DNA from: Acidobacteriota bacterium
GTDB lineage: Bacteria > Acidobacteriota > UBA6911 > RPQK01 > JBOGJG01
Length of the DNA stretch: 60,097 nucleotides
NCBI GenBank assembly: GCA_050747825.1
Contig: JBOGJG010000330.1
Location: 1 to 60,097, forward strand
Direction: 5' to 3'
Shown: positions 7,923-16,966 of the stretch, in pieces
Layout of the letters: each line of letters starts with the position of its first letter
Position numbering within the stretch: position 1 is the stretch's first letter
The notes under the pieces: model-generated
Seen by the model: the letters and a program-made list of their open reading frames with translations, nothing else
Told to the model about the DNA's origin: nothing
Database searches by the model: none
Position numbers and translations under genes: made by a program

Positions 7923-8603
7923 CTATAACTGGGGCGTGAAACCGAGCACGATGTCGAAATTCGTCGCAAGCTCGCCGATCCGCGAATTCTGCACGGGCGC
8001 AAAGTCTGACATGACGGCGGCCCGGGCTTTGGGATCACGGATGGCGCGGAATATAGAATCCTGCTCGTTCTCCGGTTCACCTTTAACATAAAGCTGGGTT
8101 GTGAACTGTTCATTCCCTTTGACCCGGACGGCAAAATGGATGTGCGGCGTACGCTGGGTGTTTCCGGCCCTGTAGGGCACCGGCTTGATGGTCCGAAAGT
8201 AGTATCCGCCGTTAGACCCGGTCAGAAAGCGGCCGAATCCCTGGAAATTTGCATCCAGCTTCTCCCGGCTGGAACTTCCCGTGTGGAGGTAAACTCCCCG
8301 GCTGTCCACTTGCCAGATCTCGACCACCGCATTGCGGACCGGCTCACCTCGCGCATCCAGAATCCGCCCGCTGAGATGCGTAATCTCTCCCACCGCAGCG
8401 TCCAGCGCATCGTTGATGATCAGCAGGTCATTGTCCGTGTCCAGTGGCATGCGATCAGGGTAAAAAGGCCCTTCGGTCTGACGCGGAGTACGAACAAGCT
8501 CCTGGGCGAAAAGGCCAGGCACACTCAATGCGCCTACTCCGGCGGCCATGCCTTTCAAAAAATGTCGACGAGTCCGAAGCGAGTCGATTCTCCTCATTTC
8601 CAC
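7923..8603 (-). CDS. Tat-exported intradiol ring-cleavage dioxygenase (protocatechuate 3,4-dioxygenase family)
   Basis: RRHFLKG Tat motif; TEGPFYPD, VEIWQ, GxY, TIKPVPY, RTPHIHF (Tyr/Tyr/His/His iron ligands). Confidence 0.88.
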   Translation of the reverse strand: MEMRRIDSLRTRRHFLKGMAAGVGALSVPGLFAQELVRTPRQTEGPFYPDRMPLDTDNDLLIINDALDAAVGEITHLSGRILDARGEPVRNAVVEIWQVDSRGVYLHTGSSSREKLDANFQGFGRFLTGSNGGYYFRTIKPVPYRAGNTQRTPHIHFAVRVKGNEQFTTQLYVKGEPENEQDSIFRAIRDPKARAAVMSDFAPVQNSRIGELATNFDIVLGFTPQL

Positions 8604-8659
8604 ACCTCCATTGATGCGAAACTTTATCTCAGTACGAAATTAGAACGCAAGCCCGGAGG

Positions 8660-8688
8660 TTGACATTGTTCTGACGATGGTATAGCTT
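8660..8688 (+). promoter_or_regulatory. Sigma70-like promoter for the riboswitch/btu operon
   Basis: TTGACA (8660-8665), 17 bp, TAGCTT (8683-8688), ~20 bp upstream of riboswitch P1. Confidence 0.6.
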
Positions 8689-8710
8689 TTCATTGTTGTT
8701 TCATTGTCGC

Positions 8711-8878
8711 GGTTAAGGCGCGAGAAAAGGGGAAGCGGGTGAAAGGCCCGCACGGTCGCGCCACTGTGAACGGTGAGCAGATTTCAACGGGCGGAAAGAC
8801 CGCCGGTCACTCCCGATTGCCGGGGGGAAGGCCTTGAAAGATGCGCTTGAGCCGTAAGTCAGGAAACCTGCCTTAACC
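8711..8878 (+). ncRNA. Cobalamin (AdoCbl) riboswitch
   Basis: P1 GGTTAAGG/CCTTAACC; conserved AAAAGGGGAAGCGGGTGAAAGGCCCG, GCCACTG, GGGAAG and AGTCAGGAAACCTGCC; directly upstream of a BtuB-like gene. Confidence 0.93.
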
Positions 8879-8967
8879 ACTGTTTCACAACTCTTCGCGT
8901 CAAGGAGGTTGGGATTTGCTTGTTTCACTCCCTCACTCATTTGACGCCCATTGTCGAAAGGGGCGTT

Positions 8968-11163
8968 ATGTGCAACTTTTTTCTCCCACTGATAGGGACT
9001 GTGCTGATCTCATTCGGCCTGGTGTTCCCACAAACGATCTCAGGGCGGGTAGCCGACTCTCAGGCCAATCCAATTCCTTCGGTGCGTCTTTCCCTGCTGG
9101 AAAACGGCCGGTATGTCGCCACTCAGGTGACCGATGAACACGGCGGCTATTCCTTCGAAGGGCTCAAGCCGGGAAACTACGTTCTTTCCATCAGGCAACT
9201 CGGGTTTCGGCAGGAGCAGATAGAGCTGCGGCTGCCGGCCGGGGAGACTCTCGGCCACGACGTCGTCCTCGAACTGGACTCGCTGAAGGAGCATGTGGTC
9301 GTCACTGCCACTCGTACGGAATCAGCGGCCAGCCTGCTGGGCAGCAGCATCTCAGTTATAAGCTCGCAGGAAATTGAAGCTCAGAATGCGGCAACCGTCG
9401 CAGAGGTGCTGCGCAATGTACCCGGGATGAACATCGTGCAGGTCGGGGGGACAGGCTCGATCAGCTCACTGTTCCTGCGGGGAGGCGAGTCGGATTACAC
9501 GAAGGTGTTTTTGGATGGGATCCCCCTGAACCAGCCCGGGGGGGCGATCGATCTGTCCAACCTTTCGACGGCCAACATCGAGCGGATCGAGATTGTCCGC
9601 GGACCGCAAAGCGCCCTGTACGGCTCGGATGCCATCAGCGGAGTTATTCAGATTTTCACAAAAAGAGGCGAGGGGGGCGGAACGACTCCGAGGACCGACC
9701 TTTTCCTGGAAGGAGGCAGCTATGACTGGGGCCGTGCGGGATTTTCCCTTAGCGGAGACCTGGGGGGGCTCTGGTACAGCACGGCCGTCCAGCACGTTAG
9801 CACCAGCAATGAGGTCGCTAATGATTACTTCCGCAATAACACCTACAGTCTCAATCTCGGAGTCAGGACTTCCGAAAATTCAGCCCTGACGTTTACAGGC
9901 CGCGCGGAACGCGGCCGGCAGGGTGTCCCGGGGGCGGTGGCTTTTGGACCGCCCGACCTGGAGGAATTCGGCCGAAAGCGGGATTTTGCCGTGGGACTTC
10001 AATGGGATCACCGGGTTTCGGATTCTTGGCAACACAAGCTGTCCTACTCACAAAGTTATCTGAACCAGCTTTCCGCCGACCCCATCGATTCCGGCTCATT
10101 CATCCCGCGATTCGGCAACAGGCAGGCGCCATTTCCGGTCTTTGATTTCGTGTTTTTCTCCCTCAACTCGAGCAGGCGCCATAATGTGAATTATCAAAGC
10201 GACTTCTTCCTTGCCGATCACTTACTTTCGCTGGGCCTCGAAGTCGAAGAGGAGCGCGGCGCCGTCAGCACCACTCGCGTGGATCGCACAAATACAGGCG
10301 TTTACCTCCAGGACCAGGTCATGGCCACGTCTCGACTCGCGATTACCGGCGGCATCCGCCTGGAAAATAATGAGAGCTTCGGTTTTGCCGCAATTCCTCG
10401 AGTTTCGGTGGCTTACCTCGCCAGAGATCCCGGCGCTCAAAGCTCCTTGGGAATGACCAGGGCGAAGCTCAACTTCGGCCTGGGTGTGAAAGAACCCACG
10501 TTTGTGGAATCTTTCAGCCCGAATTTCTTCTTTCAGGGAAATCCGGACCTTAAACCGGAGCGGACGACCAGTGTCGAGGCCGGTCTTGAGCAGGAGCTGG
10601 CGCAAAACCGCATCGTGCTTGAAGCGAATGCCTTTTATAATGTCTTCGAAGATCAGATTGCGTTTCGGGTGGTAGATCCAGAGACGTTTGAGGCATCCTT
10701 CTTCAACATAGCCAGGAGTCAAGCCTGGGGAATCGAGCAGATCCTGACATTCAGGATGGCGAACGATCTGAGGGCATCGGCCGGCTACACCTACCTGAAC
10801 ACGCGCGTCTTGAGGAGCGCCTCGCCGGGGGATCCGCAGTTCAGCGAGGGAGCCAGGCTGCTGCGCCGGCCAACTCACTCAGGCTTTCTGGGTTTGACCT
10901 GGAGATCCGGAAACTGGTCTTTGAATAGCAATGCTACTCTGATCGGCAACCGGGCCGACAGTGATTTTCACCACGGCCTGGCATTGACAGAGGCCGAGCC
11001 TTACGCAAAGTGGGATATGACGGCGAGCTACCGCATCCGTCCAGCCCTGGAACTCTACGCGACGGTCGAGAACCTGCTGGACCAGGATTACTTCGAGGCT
11101 CTGGGCTTCCCGGCACTGGGCGCCACCGTCCGGTCTGGGCTCAGAGTGCATTATGGAGAATAG
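8968..11163 (+). CDS. btuB: TonB-dependent cobalamin receptor with N-terminal CarboxypepD domain
   Basis: VVVTATRTE, LFLRGGESDYTKV, IERIEIVRGPQSALYGSDAISGVI, ENLLDQDY. ATG 8968 is preferred over track start 8920 because of the RBS/sequestering hairpin. Under a B12 riboswitch. Confidence 0.88.
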   Translation: MCNFFLPLIGTVLISFGLVFPQTISGRVADSQANPIPSVRLSLLENGRYVATQVTDEHGGYSFEGLKPGNYVLSIRQLGFRQEQIELRLPAGETLGHDVVLELDSLKEHVVVTATRTESAASLLGSSISVISSQEIEAQNAATVAEVLRNVPGMNIVQVGGTGSISSLFLRGGESDYTKVFLDGIPLNQPGGAIDLSNLSTANIERIEIVRGPQSALYGSDAISGVIQIFTKRGEGGGTTPRTDLFLEGGSYDWGRAGFSLSGDLGGLWYSTAVQHVSTSNEVANDYFRNNTYSLNLGVRTSENSALTFTGRAERGRQGVPGAVAFGPPDLEEFGRKRDFAVGLQWDHRVSDSWQHKLSYSQSYLNQLSADPIDSGSFIPRFGNRQAPFPVFDFVFFSLNSSRRHNVNYQSDFFLADHLLSLGLEVEEERGAVSTTRVDRTNTGVYLQDQVMATSRLAITGGIRLENNESFGFAAIPRVSVAYLARDPGAQSSLGMTRAKLNFGLGVKEPTFVESFSPNFFFQGNPDLKPERTTSVEAGLEQELAQNRIVLEANAFYNVFEDQIAFRVVDPETFEASFFNIARSQAWGIEQILTFRMANDLRASAGYTYLNTRVLRSASPGDPQFSEGARLLRRPTHSGFLGLTWRSGNWSLNSNATLIGNRADSDFHHGLALTEAEPYAKWDMTASYRIRPALELYATVENLLDQDYFEALGFPALGATVRSGLRVHYGE

Positions 11164-12190
11164 AGCCAGCGGGCCAGCGATGATGGGGCCGCTCCCCGGG
11201 CGCCCTCCGGGTGGTCGCGGTTCGGATGCAATCGCAGTATCGGACGCGGTCGCAGTCACTGATGCCACCCAACCGAGCCGCAACTGTAAAGGAGCGGCCA
11301 TTGCCGGGATTGCGGCGCTTTTTCTAATCCAGCTCGCCAGTCTTATGCCTGGGTTTGCCCAAGGTCTGGCGAGCTTTCCCCACACCGTCACCGGCAGCGA
11401 CGGCAGTTCGGTAATTCTTCACCGCTCGCCCGAGCGAATGATCGTTTTCGACTCCGGGGGCATCGAGATTCTGTTTGCCATCGGTGAGGCAGACCGAGTC
11501 GTGGGCACCCACGAATTCGCCTCTTTCCCTCCGCAGGCCAACCAGATCCAGAGAGTCGGGAATTCATATGCCATCGACTTTGAAAAAGTCGTATCACTCA
11601 AGCCCGACCTCGTTTTCCTGTTCTTCGACCGGTTCGTCCCCGAGTTGAGAAGACTTGGCGTGCCCGTGCTCTACCTGGAGCCTCCGCGCACGCTGGCCGG
11701 GGTCCCGGAAAGAATCAGAACTTGGGGAAGGATTGTGGACAGAGCGCAGGCAGCCGAAAATGTAGCCCGTGAATTCGAGGCGGAGCTCAGAGGCATTGAG
11801 CAGACACTGGCGGGCATCAGACGCGGCCCCCGCATCTTCCACGATGCCGCTCCCGGGTTGTGGACCTTAGGGACAGACTCTCTGGCCAGCGACATCTACC
11901 GGCTCCTCAAGGCCGAGAACGTTTTCGCAGATCTTTCAAGCGCCCATCAGGTCAGTCCGGAGGCCCTGGTCGCCAGGAATCCCGAGGTGATCATCAGCGC
12001 CCATCTCTCAGGGCCGGAGTTTTTCAAGACGCACCCTGCTTTCCAGGCGCTGAGAGCGGTGAAACAGAGCCGAGTTTTTGTCGTAGACGCGGGGCTGATC
12101 AGCGTCAGTGGTCCCAGGCTGATACAAGGTGTAAGGCAAATAGCACAGGCTCTATACCCGCATCTTTTTCCACGAGCGGAGACGGATTGA
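11153..12190 (+). CDS. btuF: ABC transporter substrate-binding protein, BtuF-like (start uncertain)
   Basis: EILFAIG...VG...F-x-x-FPP...VG...D-x-EKVVSLKPDLV; VSPEAL-x-ARNPEVI; GPRL. Confidence 0.8.
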   Translation: MENRASGPAMMGPLPGRPPGGRGSDAIAVSDAVAVTDATQPSRNCKGAAIAGIAALFLIQLASLMPGFAQGLASFPHTVTGSDGSSVILHRSPERMIVFDSGGIEILFAIGEADRVVGTHEFASFPPQANQIQRVGNSYAIDFEKVVSLKPDLVFLFFDRFVPELRRLGVPVLYLEPPRTLAGVPERIRTWGRIVDRAQAAENVAREFEAELRGIEQTLAGIRRGPRIFHDAAPGLWTLGTDSLASDIYRLLKAENVFADLSSAHQVSPEALVARNPEVIISAHLSGPEFFKTHPAFQALRAVKQSRVFVVDAGLISVSGPRLIQGVRQIAQALYPHLFPRAETD

Positions 12191-13221
12191 AAACAGGGAA
12201 AAACCTCTGGCTATACTGCTTGATGGGATTGGCGGCAGTGGCGTTGGCCGGCGCCGCCAGCGCCGCAGCCGGCAGCGTCCATATTCCATTTTCGAGCGTC
12301 CTGGGCATCGCAGTCAGCCGGCTGCCTTTCTTTGATGCCCCCGGCACCCCGGAAGACTGGAATACCATCCTGTGGGAAATCCGCTTTCCAAGGATTGTGC
12401 TGGCGGGCCTGGTAGGAGCCGCGCTGGCTGTGGCGGGAGCCACTTACCAGGGCCTGTTCCGGAATTCGCTGGCAGACCCCTATCTGCTGGGTGTGGCTTC
12501 CGGCGCGGGCCTGGGGGCGACAATCGTGCTCACCACGGGCGCACCCATTTACCTCTATGGGTTCAGTCTCGTGCCCCTGGCCAGTTTCGCCGGCAGCCTT
12601 TTAGCGGTTTCAGCCGCCTACATCACGGCGGGCCGAAGAGCCGGGCCCCCTTCCCGTACCAGCCTGATTCTGGCAGGCGTGGTGGTGGGTTCGCTGGCCA
12701 GTGCGTTGACCAGTCTGCTGCTAATGCGCTCCGAGCCCGATCTAAGACCCGTCCTGGCTTGGCTCCTGGGCGGGTTTACGGGCGCTCACTGGGATTACGT
12801 GACGCTTACGCTTCCGTATTTGATTCCAGGCATGCTGGCCCTTTTAGCCTATGGACGGACTCTCAACGTCCTGCAGTTAAACGAGGACGAAGCCCAGCAA
12901 CTGGGGATTGACGTGCGTAAAACGCGGCTCATCCTCGTGGGACTGGCCTCGCTGGTCACAGCGGTGGCTGTTTCGGTCAGCGGACTCATCGGATTCGTCG
13001 GCCTGATTGCGCCTCATGCCGTACGGCTACTGTGGGGACAGGATTACAGGCTGGTCCTTCCCCTTTCCATGCTGGCCGGGGCAGCCTTCCTGATCGTGGC
13101 GGATCTGGCGGCCCGAACGATGCTGGGCGCCATTGAACTGCCTGTAGGAATGGTAACCGCATTTTGCGGCGCCCCCTTTTTTCTCTATCTATTGCGCCGC
13201 GTGGGGAGGGATGCGCAATGA
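12187..13221 (+). CDS. btuC: FecCD/BtuC-family ABC permease
   Basis: WEIRFPRIVLAGLVGAALA, QGLFRNSLADPYLLGVASGA, GLIGFVGLIAPH, ELPVG. TTG start overlaps the btuF stop (TTGA). Confidence 0.9.
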   Translation: MKTGKNLWLYCLMGLAAVALAGAASAAAGSVHIPFSSVLGIAVSRLPFFDAPGTPEDWNTILWEIRFPRIVLAGLVGAALAVAGATYQGLFRNSLADPYLLGVASGAGLGATIVLTTGAPIYLYGFSLVPLASFAGSLLAVSAAYITAGRRAGPPSRTSLILAGVVVGSLASALTSLLLMRSEPDLRPVLAWLLGGFTGAHWDYVTLTLPYLIPGMLALLAYGRTLNVLQLNEDEAQQLGIDVRKTRLILVGLASLVTAVAVSVSGLIGFVGLIAPHAVRLLWGQDYRLVLPLSMLAGAAFLIVADLAARTMLGAIELPVGMVTAFCGAPFFLYLLRRVGRDAQ

Positions 13222-14081
13222 AGCCGATGCCCATCCTTAAAGCCGAAACGATCTGCTTTTCCTACGGATCACAAGCGGTCTTAAAAAATATCAATCTGGA
13301 AGTCACCAAAGGCGAAATGCTGGGCATTATCGGCCCAAACGGGGCAGGAAAGACGACTCTGCTGAAAGTTCTGGCGGGCATTTTGAAGCCGGCGGCGGGC
13401 TCGGTTTACCTGGACAGCACCGACATCCAGGCGCTGCCCCTGCGGGAACGCGCCCGAAAAATCGCCATGGTTTCCCAGCAGCCTGCCCTTCCCTTTGGCT
13501 TTACGGCCCTGGAGATCGTCACGATGGGTCGCAACCCTCATCTGGGGCTGCTCGAGTGGGAGGGTCCCAAGGATCTCGAATTGGCCCGCGAGGCAATGGA
13601 GGTCACGGGAACCATCGAGTTTACCGCCAGGTCAATCACTTCGTTGTCCGGAGGGGAGAGGCAGAGGGTCTTCATCGCCCGGGCCCTGGCCCAGCAGGCT
13701 CCGCTGCTCTTCCTGGATGAACCAACTGCCCATCTGGATCTCAACCGCCAGTCCGAGATCATGGACCTGATCGCTCACATTCAGAGAGAGAAGCAGGTGT
13801 CGGTCGTCGCCTCGATGCACGACCTCACTTTAGCCGGACAATACTGCGATCGCATCACCGCCCTGGTTGATGGGCAAATCAGCGCGCAGGGTGCTGCCCA
13901 CGATGTCCTTACAACAGAAGTATTGTCCCGTGCTTTTGGCGCTTCCGTGTTCGTGATCAAGCATCCTTTCGCCAACACGCCCGTGGTACTCACGGGAGGA
14001 CCCCCAGGGCTTGGAACCACAGGACTAACTGCTATGGCTGACAAGAGGCGGGAAAGAAAAGATTTAATCATCGGAGACTGA
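13218..14081 (+). CDS. btuD: ABC transporter ATP-binding protein (BtuD/FecE)
   Basis: GPNGAGKT, LSGGERQR, LDEPTAHLD; ATGA overlap with the permease. Confidence 0.9.
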   Translation: MKPMPILKAETICFSYGSQAVLKNINLEVTKGEMLGIIGPNGAGKTTLLKVLAGILKPAAGSVYLDSTDIQALPLRERARKIAMVSQQPALPFGFTALEIVTMGRNPHLGLLEWEGPKDLELAREAMEVTGTIEFTARSITSLSGGERQRVFIARALAQQAPLLFLDEPTAHLDLNRQSEIMDLIAHIQREKQVSVVASMHDLTLAGQYCDRITALVDGQISAQGAAHDVLTTEVLSRAFGASVFVIKHPFANTPVVLTGGPPGLGTTGLTAMADKRRERKDLIIGD

Positions 14082-14085
14082 GATT

Positions 14086-15447
14086 TTGCGCGCAATTGTC
14101 ATTGCCGGAACTCACAGCGGGGTAGGGAAGACCACGGTGGCGACGGGGATCATGGCCGCCCTGTCCAGGCGCGGCTACAAAGTTCAGCCATTTAAAGCCG
14201 GGCCTGATTACATCGATCCTTCCTACCACACCCGGGCCTGCGGCCTTCCCTCACGGAATCTGGACACTTGGCTTTTGAAGGAGCCGGTAGTCAGGGAGCT
14301 GTTTCACCGGGCTATGGCCGGAAAGGAAATCGCCGTCATCGAGGGGGTCATGGGCCTTTACGATGGAGCCTGCGGCGAAAATGAATCAGGCAGTACGGCT
14401 TATCTGGCCAAACTCCTCCGGATCCCGGTCATCCTGGTGCTGGACGCCTGGGCCGCCAGCCGCAGCGTGGGGGCTTTCGCGCTCGGGTTTAAGAATTTCG
14501 ACCCTGAGGTCCAGCTGGCAGGAGTCATTCTCAATGGCATCGGAGGACCGACACATCTGGATCTCATCCGGCCTGCGCTGGCGAAGTGCGAGATTCCCCT
14601 TCTCGGTTATCTCCCCAGAAACAGCGATCTCGCCATCCCCGAGCGCCACCTTGGACTGGTGCCGACAGAGGAAGGGACGACTGAAGCCGGCCTGTTCGAC
14701 CGGCTGGCGGCCCAGGCACAGGAAAGTATCGAGCTGGACAAAGTCGAGGCTATTGCCACTGGGGTAACTACCCCGGCAGGAGATGACACAATCTTCCCTC
14801 CCGAGGCCGTCAGTCCCCGGACGGCCATTGCTGTCGCCCAGGATCAGGCCTTCAATTTTTATTATCCCGACTCGCTCGATTTACTAAAAGCCTGGGGGGC
14901 TGAGCTGGCCCCCTTTAGTCCCCTGTCTGACAAGCAACTGCCCCGGCGCATCGGCGGCGTTTACATCGGCGGCGGGTTTCCGGAATTTTTCGCGGCCGAG
15001 CTCTCGGAGAACCGGAGCATGCTGCAGTCCCTGCGCCGTGCCGCGCAACGGGGACTCCCGATCTACGCCGAGTGCGGCGGGCTGATGTACCTGGGAGAGA
15101 CTCTGGATGACCTGGAGGGCACTGTCAGGACCATGGCCCGGATCATTCCCGTGCATTCTTCCATGAGAGAGAGCCGTTTGACACTGGGCTACCGCACGAT
15201 GAAAACGCTCAATGACGGGCCTCTCATGCGGTCGGGAGAGACCGTAAGGGGACATGAATTTCATCTCTCGAGCCTCAAGAAAGTAAGTGAAAAGGCGGTT
15301 CCCGCTTACGAGGTATTGGGGCAGGGGCGGCAGGAAGGTATCCGGGTCAAAAACGTCCTGGCCTCTTACATCCATGTTCACCTGGCGAGCCGGAAAGATC
15401 TTGCTCCCAGATTTGTCGATCTGTGCTCGCAGGCGGGAGGAAGCTGA
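14086..15447 (+). CDS. cbiA: Cobyrinate a,c-diamide synthase
   Basis: HSGVGKTT, FKAGPDYIDP, EGVMGLYDG, ERHLGLV, AFNFYY, GGGFPE, YAECGGLMYL, GHEFH, ASY-x-H-x-H. Confidence 0.95.
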   Translation: MRAIVIAGTHSGVGKTTVATGIMAALSRRGYKVQPFKAGPDYIDPSYHTRACGLPSRNLDTWLLKEPVVRELFHRAMAGKEIAVIEGVMGLYDGACGENESGSTAYLAKLLRIPVILVLDAWAASRSVGAFALGFKNFDPEVQLAGVILNGIGGPTHLDLIRPALAKCEIPLLGYLPRNSDLAIPERHLGLVPTEEGTTEAGLFDRLAAQAQESIELDKVEAIATGVTTPAGDDTIFPPEAVSPRTAIAVAQDQAFNFYYPDSLDLLKAWGAELAPFSPLSDKQLPRRIGGVYIGGGFPEFFAAELSENRSMLQSLRRAAQRGLPIYAECGGLMYLGETLDDLEGTVRTMARIIPVHSSMRESRLTLGYRTMKTLNDGPLMRSGETVRGHEFHLSSLKKVSEKAVPAYEVLGQGRQEGIRVKNVLASYIHVHLASRKDLAPRFVDLCSQAGGS

Positions 15448-15448
15448 A

Positions 15449-16966
15449 GTGCCTGCCAAGACACTGATGGTGCAAGGGACGGCGTCTTCTGTGGGCAAGA
15501 GTGTTCTGGTAGCCGCACTGTGCCGCATCTTTAGACAGGACGGCTGCAACGTCGCACCCTTCAAGGCCCAGAACATGTCGCTGAACTCCTGCGTCACTCC
15601 GGATGGAGGGGAGATCGGCCGAGCCCAGGTCGTTCAGGCCGAAGCCGCCTGCGTCCAACCCACCGTTGACATGAATCCCATTCTGTTGAAGCCGGAGGCC
15701 GACGATCGATCCCAGGTAGTAGTGCACGGCAAGCCCCTGCAAAGCCTGTCAGCTAAAAGCTACTTTTCATTGAAAGAAGCGCTGTGGGGGGCCGTAACCT
15801 CCTCCCTTGACCGGCTGCGAGAGGACTTCGACCTGGTCGTCATCGAGGGCGCGGGGAGTCCCGCCGAAGTCAACCTGAAGGACAAGGACCTGGTCAACAT
15901 GAAGGTGGCCTCGTATTGTCAGGCTCCGGTTCTTCTGGTGGGGGATATCGACCGCGGGGGTGTCTTCGCCTCTCTGATTGGAACGCTGGAGCTGCTTGAT
16001 GCTCACGAGCGCGACTTGATTCAAGGCTTCCTCATCAACAAGTTCCGGGGCGACATCAGCCTGCTGGAGCCCGGCCTGGAATGGCTCGAGGAACGAACAG
16101 GCATTCCGGTGGCAGGAGTGATTCCCTATTTCAAAGACATCTATATTGCGGAAGAGGATTCGATGTCTTTGGAGCGGCGAAACGGTATGAGCCGCAAGAC
16201 CACCTTCCTGCTTGACATCGCCGTCATCGCGCTACGCCACATCTCGAACTTCGACGACTTTGATCCTCTGGCCCAGGAGGAATCAGTCCGCCTGCGCTAC
16301 GTCGAATCGGCTGATGATCTGGGAAATCCGGACCTGATTATTCTCCCCGGATCAAAGAGTACGATTGCCGATCTGAATCATCTGCATAACTCTGGTATGG
16401 CGGCTGAAATTCTGACGCTGACAGGCTCCGGTACACCTGTAATCGGCATCTGCGGTGGATTTCAAATGCTGGGAGACTCCATTTACGATCCCGAACAGGT
16501 CGAGAGCCGACAGCAAACTTGCGCCGGCCTGGGACTCCTGCCTCTCAGCACCACCTTTGGCGCTGATAAATCTACCCATCTGGTGAAAGGGGAAGTGTTG
16601 CTGGGAAAAGGCCTGCTCAGAGGCGCTCAGGGGCTGTCGCTCAGCGGGTATGAGATTCATATGGGGCGGACGGACCTCCCGGAGGCTTTTGCTCCCTTTA
16701 GAATCAATCAGCGTTCCAGGGACGCCTGCTCCAGCCTGGACGGATGCCTGAGCGCAGAAGGAAACATCCTGGGCACTTATGTTCATGGGATCTTCAGCAA
16801 CACTCGCCTGCGCCGGGCGCTGCTGGCGGAACTGGGCAGGCGAAAGCCGGTGGATCTCCCGCCCCCCGGCCAGGTCATCTCCAAAGAAGAGGAATACGAC
16901 AAACTGGCGGAGCTCGTCCGTCAAGCCCTTGATATGAAGCTTATTTACAAGCGGATTGGATTATGA
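15449..16966 (+). CDS. cbiP: Cobyric acid synthase
   Basis: MVQGTASSVGKS, PFKAQNMS, EIGRAQ, MNPILLKP, EGAGSPAEVNL, ISNFDDFDPL, GICGGFQMLG, GYEIHMG, GTYVHGIF. GTG start at 15449. Confidence 0.95.
   Translation: MPAKTLMVQGTASSVGKSVLVAALCRIFRQDGCNVAPFKAQNMSLNSCVTPDGGEIGRAQVVQAEAACVQPTVDMNPILLKPEADDRSQVVVHGKPLQSLSAKSYFSLKEALWGAVTSSLDRLREDFDLVVIEGAGSPAEVNLKDKDLVNMKVASYCQAPVLLVGDIDRGGVFASLIGTLELLDAHERDLIQGFLINKFRGDISLLEPGLEWLEERTGIPVAGVIPYFKDIYIAEEDSMSLERRNGMSRKTTFLLDIAVIALRHISNFDDFDPLAQEESVRLRYVESADDLGNPDLIILPGSKSTIADLNHLHNSGMAAEILTLTGSGTPVIGICGGFQMLGDSIYDPEQVESRQQTCAGLGLLPLSTTFGADKSTHLVKGEVLLGKGLLRGAQGLSLSGYEIHMGRTDLPEAFAPFRINQRSRDACSSLDGCLSAEGNILGTYVHGIFSNTRLRRALLAELGRRKPVDLPPPGQVISKEEEYDKLAELVRQALDMKLIYKRIGL

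Noticed and set aside
11222-11257. Degenerate 18-bp duplication at the 5' end of btuF
   Set aside because: Only two imperfect units in a poorly conserved leader; no evidence of significance.
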